A program made the position numbers and the translations under genes. From Candidatus Latescibacterota bacterium (GTDB taxonomy: Bacteria > Latescibacterota > UBA2968 > UBA8231), in assembly GCA_965206595.1 (NCBI GenBank), contig OZ242214.1:4320001-4384000 (forward strand): 64,000 bases of DNA, read 5' to 3'. Positions 9,196 through 16,837 of the stretch are shown here, piece by piece. Position 1 is the stretch's first letter. Each line of letters starts with the position of its first letter. The notes under the pieces were generated by a model, which was not told the origin of the DNA, did not search any database, and saw only the letters and a list, made by a program, of their open reading frames with translations.

Positions 9196-10551
9196 GTGTT
9201 CGAAAAGATCCTGGTCGCCGACCGCGGGGAAATCGCGCTGCGCGTCATCCGCACCTGCCGGGAGCTCGGGATCCGCACTGTTGCCGTCTACTCCGAGGCC
9301 GACGCGCGTTCGCTCCATGTCCACATGGCCGACGAGGATGTCTGCATCGGCCCGCCTCCCGGCGAGGCCAGTTACCGCCACTTCGCCAACATCCTCAGCG
9401 CCGCGAACCTGACCAATGCCGACGCCCTGCACCCCGGGTACGGACCGCTGGCGGAGAACGCGGATTTCGCCGAGCTGTGCGAATCGTGCGGCATCACCTT
9501 CATCGGTCCGCCGGTAGCGGCGTTCCACCGGCTGGGGGACAAGGCCGCTGCCCGGCGTTCCATGGAGAAAGCCGGGGTCCCGGTGATTCCCGGAAGCCGA
9601 GGGGACGTAGGCTCCCTCGCAGAAGCCCGCCACCTGGCCTCCGAGATCGGTTTTCCGCTGCGTCTGAAGGCGGCTTCCGGGGGCGGAGGACGCGGCATGC
9701 GGGTCGTCAACGGCGAGGAGGAGCTCGAGGAAGCCTGGCGGATCGCCCGCCTCGAAGCGCGCTCCGCCTTCACCAGCGACGCGCTCTACATGGAGCGTTC
9801 GCTCGACAACGCCCGCCACATCGAAATCCAGGTGCTCGGGGACCACCACGGGACGGTCGTCCATCTCGGCGAACGGGAGTGCTCCATTCAGCGGCGCCAC
9901 CAGAAGCTGCTCGAAGAGAGTCCCTCTCCCGCAGTTGACGAGGCGCTACGACGGCGGCTGGGTGAAGCAGCTGTGAGAGGTGCCGCCAGCGTCGGCTACG
10001 CCAGCGCCGGAACGGTCGAATTCCTGGCAGACGGCGACGGGGAGTTCTACTTCCTGGAGATGAACAAGCGCATCCAGGTCGAGCACCCGGTAACCGAGAT
10101 GGTGTCGGGAATCGACCTGATCGGCGAGATGATCCGCGTGGCCGACGGGGAAAAGCTGGGGTACGGCCAGGACGACCTCGCCCTCACCGGGCACGCCATC
10201 GAATGCCGCATCAATGCCGAGGATCCGAGCAAGAACTTCATGCCCTCGGCCGGCACCATCACCGCCCTGCACCTGCCGGGAGGACCGGGGCTGCGCATCG
10301 ACAGCCACATTTACCAGGGGTACGAGGTGCCCCCCTATTACGATTCCCTCCTCGCCAAGGTCGTCACCTGGGGCCGTGACCGCGCCCAGGCGATCGCCCG
10401 CATGCGGCGGGTGCTGGCAGAGGTCACCATCGAAGGGGTGGCGACGACGCTGCCGTTCCACCGCGATCTCCTCGACAGCCCGGAGTTCGTCGAGGGGCGG
10501 TTCGACACCGAGTTCGTCACCCGCAGCCGCGACGGGAAGGTCACGGTCTAA
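9196..10551 (+). CDS. accC: Biotin carboxylase
   Basis: RGEIA, GGGGRGMR, ERECSIQRRHQK, RINAED, YYDSLLAK. Confidence 0.93.
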   Translation: MFEKILVADRGEIALRVIRTCRELGIRTVAVYSEADARSLHVHMADEDVCIGPPPGEASYRHFANILSAANLTNADALHPGYGPLAENADFAELCESCGITFIGPPVAAFHRLGDKAAARRSMEKAGVPVIPGSRGDVGSLAEARHLASEIGFPLRLKAASGGGGRGMRVVNGEEELEEAWRIARLEARSAFTSDALYMERSLDNARHIEIQVLGDHHGTVVHLGERECSIQRRHQKLLEESPSPAVDEALRRRLGEAAVRGAASVGYASAGTVEFLADGDGEFYFLEMNKRIQVEHPVTEMVSGIDLIGEMIRVADGEKLGYGQDDLALTGHAIECRINAEDPSKNFMPSAGTITALHLPGGPGLRIDSHIYQGYEVPPYYDSLLAKVVTWGRDRAQAIARMRRVLAEVTIEGVATTLPFHRDLLDSPEFVEGRFDTEFVTRSRDGKVTV

Positions 10552-10575
10552 ATCGGGAAAACCAGAGGATCTGCC

Positions 10576-10968
10576 ATGTCTGATACGCAAGTTCCCCAAG
10601 AGCTCAGCTACACCGAAGATCACGAGTGGGTGGCGATGGACAGCGATGTCGGCACGGTCGGGATTACGGATTACGCCCAGTCCGAGCTCGGCGACATCGT
10701 GTTCGTCGAGCTTCCCGAGGTCGGACAGACCCTGCGGAAGGGGGAGCGCGTCGGGACCGTCGAGGCGGTGAAGACCGTGGAGGAGATTTACGCTCCCCTG
10801 AGCGGCGAGGTGGTGGAGGTCAACGAATCGCTCGAGGCCGATGCGGAGCAGGTCAACAAGGAGCCTTACGGAGCCGGTTGGATTGTCCGGATCCGCTGCT
10901 CCGACCAGGACGAGTTGGCGGAGCTCCTGAGCCCCCGGGATTACGCCGAGTTGATTTCCGGAGCCTGA
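10576..10968 (+). CDS. gcvH: Glycine cleavage system H protein
   Basis: HEW, GITDYAQSELGDIVFVELP, lipoyl Lys in EAVK. Confidence 0.95.
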   Translation: MSDTQVPQELSYTEDHEWVAMDSDVGTVGITDYAQSELGDIVFVELPEVGQTLRKGERVGTVEAVKTVEEIYAPLSGEVVEVNESLEADAEQVNKEPYGAGWIVRIRCSDQDELAELLSPRDYAELISGA

Positions 10969-11055
10969 CTCTCCACGTTGGCCTCTCGCCGCCTTCGATG
11001 TGCAGAACCGGCTCCAAGCCGCCAGGGCTTCACCCCCCGGCTGCTTTCTTCACAA

Positions 11056-11084
11056 TTGCCTCCCTCTAGTATCATTTTTAATTT
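11056..11084 (+). promoter_or_regulatory. Putative sigma70 promoter upstream of the structured leader and HNH gene
   Basis: TTGCCT-17 nt-TAATTT in an AT-rich patch. Confidence 0.45.
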
Positions 11085-11120
11085 TCAAGGATACTTCGCC
11101 ATCGTTTTGCACCCCTGGAA

Positions 11121-11256
11121 GCGGCTTTGGAAGGGGGTCGCCGCAGTAGGTTCCGGACCGCTAAATGGGGTTGAGCCGACTCGATTTCGCCACGTCTCCG
11201 CAGTCCATCCTCCTGCGCCGATCTACCGCGGTCACCGCCTTCCGGAAAATCCCGCG
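11121..11256 (+). other. Long imperfect rod-like hairpin (candidate ncRNA or leader)
   Basis: GGAAGGGGGTCGCCGCAGTAGGT (11129-11151) pairs with ATCTACCGCGGTCACCGCCTTCC (11221-11243); inner stems GGACCGC/GCAGTCC and GAG-CCGA-CTC. Confidence 0.45.
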
Positions 11257-11268
11257 AGCTACTCAAGC

Positions 11269-11775
11269 GTGCTACTCGAGAATTCCGTCCTGGTACTCAA
11301 CCAGAACTACGAGCCGCTCAACGTCTGCAGCGTCAGGCGCGCGCTGGTGCTTCTGTTCAGAGGAACGGCCGAAAACGTCGAGATCTCCGAGTCCGTCGTG
11401 CGCTCGGTGTCCCGCGAATTCCCGGTCCCGAGCGTGGTCAGGCTGGAGCGCTACGTGCGCGCGCCCAGGCGCCGCGTGGTGCTGTCGAAGCGCAACGTGA
11501 TGCGGCGCGACAACCACCAGTGCCAGTATTGCGGCAAAAGCGAACGCAAGATGACGATCGACCACATCGTCCCCAAGAGACACGGCGGCCCCGAGTCGTG
11601 GGAAAACTTGGTAACCGCCTGTGCCGGCTGCAACACCATGAAAGGGGACCGGCGGCCGGAGCAGGCCGGCCTCTCCCTGAAACGGAGGCCCAAGCGCCCC
11701 AACAACGTCAGCTTCATCCGCGATTTCGTTGGAGTGACGGACCAGCGCTGGAAACCCTACCTGTTTATCGACTAG
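11269..11775 (+). CDS. HNH endonuclease (McrA-like, short)
   Basis: VLVLNQNYEPL, RRDNHQCQYCG, TIDHIVP, WENLVTACAGCN. Confidence 0.9.
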   Translation: MLLENSVLVLNQNYEPLNVCSVRRALVLLFRGTAENVEISESVVRSVSREFPVPSVVRLERYVRAPRRRVVLSKRNVMRRDNHQCQYCGKSERKMTIDHIVPKRHGGPESWENLVTACAGCNTMKGDRRPEQAGLSLKRRPKRPNNVSFIRDFVGVTDQRWKPYLFID

Positions 11776-11786
11776 ACCTCCGCAGA

Positions 11787-12635
11787 TTGGAAACGACCAT
11801 CGGACAGAAGCAGCAGGGAACCGCTTTGGGCGGACAGTACGGAGTCAAGCTCGAAGTGTTCGAGGGACCCCTCGACCTGTTGCTGTTTCTGATTCGCAAG
11901 AACGAAGTCGACATCTACGACATTCCGATCGCCGCCATCACCAACGAGTATCTGGGCATGCTCGGAGAGGTCCACCTGCTCGACCTGGAACCGGCCTGCG
12001 ACTTCATGCTGATGGCCGCGACCCTGATGAAAATCAAGTCGCAGTTGCTGCTGCCTCGCGAAGTCGTCGACGTGGACGGAGAGGAGGAAGAAGACCCCCG
12101 GGAAGGTCTCCTGCGCCGGCTCCTCGAGTACCAGCAGTACAAGGAGATTGCCGACTGGCTGGGGGATCAGGCCCACGCCCAGGGCGACATTTTCAGGAAC
12201 CGTCCGTACGCCAGCCGCGACAGCGAAGGGGCCGAGCTCCACCCGGTCTCCCTGTTCGACCTCCTCAAGGCGTACAAACAGGTCCTGGACCGCGTTCCGC
12301 CAGCCTTCGTACACCGCATCGTCGAAGAGCAGGTCTCGGTCGAGGAGATTATCGGCAGGTTGGTGGAGGAACTGGACCGCCGCGGCCGGCTGCGCTTTTT
12401 CGACTTCACATCGGGAAAGTCCCGCCACGTTCTGGTAGCGACCTTCATCGGTGTTCTGGAATTGCTGAAGACGCAGCGCATTCGCGTGCAGCAGGCGCGC
12501 CCTTTCGACGACATCTGGATCGAACCCCTGGGCGGCGGAAATGCCCAGGTCCCGGCAGGCGGGACCGCATCTCCGGCTACTCCCCCGGAGCTTCCCGGCA
12601 ACGGACCTTCCCCCGAAAGGACGGAGCTTCCGTGA
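11787..12635 (+). CDS. scpA: Segregation and condensation protein A
   Basis: FEGPLDLLLFLIRKNEVDIYDIPIA; start approximate. Confidence 0.93.
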   Translation: METTIGQKQQGTALGGQYGVKLEVFEGPLDLLLFLIRKNEVDIYDIPIAAITNEYLGMLGEVHLLDLEPACDFMLMAATLMKIKSQLLLPREVVDVDGEEEEDPREGLLRRLLEYQQYKEIADWLGDQAHAQGDIFRNRPYASRDSEGAELHPVSLFDLLKAYKQVLDRVPPAFVHRIVEEQVSVEEIIGRLVEELDRRGRLRFFDFTSGKSRHVLVATFIGVLELLKTQRIRVQQARPFDDIWIEPLGGGNAQVPAGGTASPATPPELPGNGPSPERTELP

Positions 12636-13336
12636 GCCGTCAACCGTTCGCCCCCGGCCAGGCACGGGCAATTATCGAAGCAATCCTGCTCACCTCGTCC
12701 GAACCGGTTTCCCCGGGCAGGCTGTTGGGCGCCCTCAAAGGGCTCAACGGCAGTGACGTGCGCGAGGCTGTCGGCGGCCTGAACAAGCAGTACGAAGAGG
12801 GGAACCACGCCCTTCGCGTCGCCGAAGTAGCCGGTGGGTTTCAACTCGTAACCGCAGCCGAGTTCGCCCCCTGGGTGCGCCGCTTCCAGGACAGGGGACC
12901 GGTGCGGCTCACGCAGGCTGGCCTCGAGACCCTCGCGCTCGTCGCCTTCAAGCAGCCGGTCACGCGGGCGGAAATCGACAGCGTCCGCGGCGTCGACTCC
13001 GCCGGTGTGCTGCGCACCCTGCTCGAGGTCGACATGGTTCGCATCGTCGGCCGTTCCGAAGGCATCGGGCGGCCGATGCTATTCGGCACCACCAGAGAAT
13101 TCCTCGTGCACTTCGGTCTCAAAGGGCTCCCCGATCTGCCGAAACCGAAAGAGCTCGAAGAGCTGCTCGCCGAGGGGGGCCGCAGGCACGCCCTCACCGG
13201 TAGCGGAGATGAAACCGCGCCGCCCGGTCCCGGGCACGAGGGCGGCACGCGCGGCTCCGGCGGCGACACCGAACCGGTAGCGGAAGAGAACGGGCATGCG
13301 CCCGGAGAACCCGAAGAGGGAGAAGAAGCGGGGTAA
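12632..13336 (+). CDS. scpB: SMC-Scp complex subunit ScpB
   Basis: LETLALVAFKQPVTRAEIDSVRGV, GRPMLFGTTREFLVHFGL. Confidence 0.95.
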   Translation: MSRQPFAPGQARAIIEAILLTSSEPVSPGRLLGALKGLNGSDVREAVGGLNKQYEEGNHALRVAEVAGGFQLVTAAEFAPWVRRFQDRGPVRLTQAGLETLALVAFKQPVTRAEIDSVRGVDSAGVLRTLLEVDMVRIVGRSEGIGRPMLFGTTREFLVHFGLKGLPDLPKPKELEELLAEGGRRHALTGSGDETAPPGPGHEGGTRGSGGDTEPVAEENGHAPGEPEEGEEAG

Positions 13337-13359
13337 CCGGGCCCTCGGCTTACCTGCAC

Positions 13360-14121
13360 ATGCGGCTGAATCGGTTCATGGCCCGCGCCGGCGTCGCTTC
13401 CCGGCGCAAGAGCGACATTCTCATCCGCCGCGGCGCGGTGAGAGTCAACGGCGAGGTCGTGGCAGCTCCTGGCTGCCTGGTCGGCGGAGAGGACCGGGTG
13501 GAGGTCGATGGCCGCCTTGTCCGGCTGCCGGAGGATTCGCAGTACCTGCTGCTCAACAAGGAGTCCGGCACACTGGTGACGCACCGGGACAGGGGCGGTC
13601 GGCCTACCGTTTTCGGGGGTCTCCAAGAGGTGCGCGCGGCTACCGTCGCCGTCGGCCGCCTCGACCGCGACACCACGGGGGTGCTGCTGCTGACCGACGA
13701 CGGCGAGCTCGCCCATCGCCTGATGCATCCGCGTTACGAGGTAGAAAAACGCTACTGCGCCCTCGTGATGGGGGTTCCGGCGGCGGGGGCGCTGCAACGG
13801 CTTCGGGCCGGGGTGCTCCTCGAGGACGGAATGACGGCGTCCGCCCGGGCGCGGATAGTGTCGCGGCCCTCGGCGGAGCGCCCTTTCTGCGAGCTCGAGC
13901 TATGCGTCCACGAAGGGCGCAAACACCAGATCAAGCGGATGTGCGCCGCTGTCGGCCACCGCGTCAGGGGGTTGCACCGCGAGGCGTTTGCCGGCCTGAC
14001 CGCGGGCACCCTGCAGCCCGGGGAGTGCCGCCGGCTGCGTGGAAGTGAAATAAGAAGCTTGAAATCCCTTGTGGGGTTGCCGATCAGCGAAGAACTTCAG
14101 CCGTGGCCGCCAAGGGATTGA
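13360..14121 (+). CDS. rluB: rRNA pseudouridine synthase (RluB/RsuA family)
   Basis: S4 domain (GVASRRK), catalytic VGRLDRDTTGVLLLT, EGRKHQIKRM; follows scpAB. Confidence 0.85.
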   Translation: MRLNRFMARAGVASRRKSDILIRRGAVRVNGEVVAAPGCLVGGEDRVEVDGRLVRLPEDSQYLLLNKESGTLVTHRDRGGRPTVFGGLQEVRAATVAVGRLDRDTTGVLLLTDDGELAHRLMHPRYEVEKRYCALVMGVPAAGALQRLRAGVLLEDGMTASARARIVSRPSAERPFCELELCVHEGRKHQIKRMCAAVGHRVRGLHREAFAGLTAGTLQPGECRRLRGSEIRSLKSLVGLPISEELQPWPPRD

Positions 14122-14774
14122 CCATCGCCGTCGACGGGGTCATCGGTGCCGGCAAGACGACGACCGCCCGCGCCGTGGCGCAGGCTTTGGGTTACCGCCA
14201 CATCGACACCGGCGCTTTCTACCGCGCCGTGACCCTGGCGGCGATGCGCGCGGGAATTCGTCCCGGCGACGGGGCCGTCGAGCGGCTTCTCGCGGAACTC
14301 GACATCGCCTTGAAAGATTCGGGCGAGCGGGTTCGCATGCTGCTCAACGGGGAAGACGTCAGCGACGAGATACGCCGGCCGGAGGTTACCCGGACCGTGG
14401 GAGCCTTCGCCGACTTGCCCCGGGTGCGCCGGGCGCTCATCGAAAACCAGCGACGACTGGGCCGCGACGGCGGCGTGGTCGCCGATGGACGAGATGCCGG
14501 CACGGTGGTGTTTCCCGATGCCGATCTCAAGATCGTCATGACCGCCGATCTCGAGGAGCGGGCCCGGCGGCGCTTCCGGGAATTGAGAAAAAAGGGGGTG
14601 AGTACCACTCTGCGGCAGGTGACTGCAGACATTCGCACCCGCGACCGCGAGGATTCGCAGCGGGATTACGGCGCCGCGCACGGCGGCGATACCGTCGTAC
14701 TGGATACGACGGGCATGTCCATCGAACAGCAGGTCGGCCGCATCGTTGCCTTGGCGCACGAGCGCGGCGCGTAG
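14103..14774 (+). CDS. cmk: Cytidylate kinase
   Basis: DG...GAGKTT, IDTGAFYRA, DGRDAGTVVFPDADLK; precedes rpsA. Confidence 0.92.
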   Translation: MAAKGLTIAVDGVIGAGKTTTARAVAQALGYRHIDTGAFYRAVTLAAMRAGIRPGDGAVERLLAELDIALKDSGERVRMLLNGEDVSDEIRRPEVTRTVGAFADLPRVRRALIENQRRLGRDGGVVADGRDAGTVVFPDADLKIVMTADLEERARRRFRELRKKGVSTTLRQVTADIRTRDREDSQRDYGAAHGGDTVVLDTTGMSIEQQVGRIVALAHERGA

Positions 14775-14811
14775 CTGCATTCAGGAAAAAAACCGAAAGG
14801 AATAGACAATC

Positions 14812-16653
14812 ATGTTGGACGAAACACCGGCGGCTACCTTGGAATTGGAAGAGGTTCCCGGCAGCCCCGAAAAACCGCAGTACGGGAACATAAGAGTCGA
14901 AGACCTCGATACGCCGGAGTACTCCGAGGAGCAGATGCAGGAGTTCACGGCAATGTACGACGAGAGCTTTTCCGGCAAGAGCGAAGGGGAGATCGTACAG
15001 GGCCGCGTCGTCGGCATCCACCCGCAGGAGGTGCTGGTCGACATCGGCTTCAAGTCGGAAGGGGCCATTTCGATCAGGGAGTTCTCCGATCCGGAGGCGA
15101 TCGCCATAGGCAACGAGGTGGAAGTCTTCCTCGAGAACGTCGAAGACCTCGAGGGCCGCGTCGTGCTCTCGAAGCAGAAGGCGGACTTCATGCGCGTCTG
15201 GGACGAGATCAAGGACTCCCACGACGCAGGCACGTCCGTAAAGGGAAGGCTGATGCGACGGATCAAGGGGGGCATCGTCGTCGATCTTTTCGGGGTCGAG
15301 GCCTTCCTGCCCGGTTCGCAGATCGACATACGGCAGGTCAAGAACTTCGACCAGTTCCTCGGCCAGCAGTTCGATTTCAAGATCATCAAGCTCAACAAGA
15401 CGCGCCGCAACATCGTCGTCTCGCGCCGCGCCGTGCTCGAAGAGGAGCGCGAGCGGCTGCGCCGGGAAATCATCAAGGAGCTCGATGAGGGACAGGTGCG
15501 CGAAGGGGTGGTCAAGAACATCACCGATTTCGGCGCCTTCATCGACCTGGGGGGCATCGACGGCCTGCTGCACATCACCGACATGTCGTGGGGCCGCGTC
15601 AGCCATCCCTCCGAGATGGTCTCGATCGGCGACCGCATCAGGGTCAAGGTCCTCAACTACGACCGCGAGCGGGAGCGCATCTCCCTCGGGCTAAAGCAGT
15701 TGACGGCGCACCCCTGGGAGATGATCGACGAGCGTTTCTCCGAAGGCACGCAGACCCAGGGCAAGGTGGTCAGCATCACCGACTACGGCGCCTTCGTCGA
15801 GCTCGAGGAGGGCATCGAAGGTCTCGTCCACATCTCCGAGATGTCGTGGACCCAGCACGTGCGCCATCCCTCTAAGCTGGTTTCCATCGGCGACCTCGTC
15901 GAAGTCGCAGTCCTCAAGCTCGACAAGGACGCGCAGAAGATCTCCCTGGGGATGAAGCAGACCGACCCGGACCCGTGGGAGGTGCTCGACACCAACTATC
16001 CCCCGGGCAAGCGCCTCGAGGGCATGGTCAAGAGCCTCACCAACTTCGGCGCCTTCGTCGAGATCGAAGAGGGCATCGACGGGCTCGTCCACATCTCCGA
16101 CATGTCCTGGACCCGGCGGATTCGCCAGGCCAGCGAGATGTTCAAGAAAGGAGACGTGATTCCGGTAGTCGTCACCGAGGTCGACAAGAAGAGGAGGCGG
16201 ATCTCTCTCAGCCACAAGCTCGCCCTGGAGAATTCATGGCCGAAACTGGCGGAGCTGTATGCCATGGGAACTTCGACGACCGGCAAGATTTCGCGCCTTC
16301 TCGAGCGCGGCGTGGTCGTCGGCCTCGATCACGACGTCGATGGTTTCGTGCCCCTTTCGCAGCTCGGCATCGAGAATCTGCAGACACCCAGGCAGAGCTT
16401 CGAGGTCGACCAGGAGCTGCCGCTGAAGGTCATCGAGTTCGACGAAGAGCAGAAGAAGATCGTGCTCAGCGTGCTCGCCTACCTCAAGGACAAGGACCAG
16501 TCCGAAGTCGACGCCTACCTGAGCCGGCATCCGGTGAAGGAGGTGGCGATCGACGAAGTGGCGGACGATCAGGACGAGGAGATGGAGAGCTGGGGCGACG
16601 ACGGCGAACCTGCTGCCAAGGGCGGCGAAGCCGAGGCCAATCCGGAGTCTTGA
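14812..16653 (+). CDS. rpsA: 30S ribosomal protein S1
   Basis: Multiple S1 repeats (DFGAFIDLGGIDGLLHITDMSW, YGAFVELEEGIEGLVHISEMSW). Confidence 0.97.
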   Translation: MLDETPAATLELEEVPGSPEKPQYGNIRVEDLDTPEYSEEQMQEFTAMYDESFSGKSEGEIVQGRVVGIHPQEVLVDIGFKSEGAISIREFSDPEAIAIGNEVEVFLENVEDLEGRVVLSKQKADFMRVWDEIKDSHDAGTSVKGRLMRRIKGGIVVDLFGVEAFLPGSQIDIRQVKNFDQFLGQQFDFKIIKLNKTRRNIVVSRRAVLEEERERLRREIIKELDEGQVREGVVKNITDFGAFIDLGGIDGLLHITDMSWGRVSHPSEMVSIGDRIRVKVLNYDRERERISLGLKQLTAHPWEMIDERFSEGTQTQGKVVSITDYGAFVELEEGIEGLVHISEMSWTQHVRHPSKLVSIGDLVEVAVLKLDKDAQKISLGMKQTDPDPWEVLDTNYPPGKRLEGMVKSLTNFGAFVEIEEGIDGLVHISDMSWTRRIRQASEMFKKGDVIPVVVTEVDKKRRRISLSHKLALENSWPKLAELYAMGTSTTGKISRLLERGVVVGLDHDVDGFVPLSQLGIENLQTPRQSFEVDQELPLKVIEFDEEQKKIVLSVLAYLKDKDQSEVDAYLSRHPVKEVAIDEVADDQDEEMESWGDDGEPAAKGGEAEANPES

Positions 16654-16703
16654 CGACAGCCGGCGGCGATTGCACCCGTCAACGCCGGAGATCTCTTCAA
16701 CGG

Positions 16704-16739
16704 GAAAGGCCGGGGAAATCCCCGGCCTTTCTTGTTTTT
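16704..16739 (+). terminator. Rho-independent terminator after rpsA
   Basis: GAAAGGCCGGGG-AAAT-CCCCGGCCTTTC followed by TTGTTTTT. Confidence 0.85.
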
Positions 16740-16837
16740 GTACCCTAGCCGGTCCTTCGCCGCCGTTGTATGGACCGCGACCCCCGTTATTTTCATTACC
16801 AGTCGTTCCCCCACCCTCCGCTCCCCAACGCGACCCG

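Noticed and set aside
11269-11775. IscB/HEARO-type RNA-guided nuclease
   Set aside because: Only 168 aa with no PLMP or RuvC motifs, in a housekeeping context
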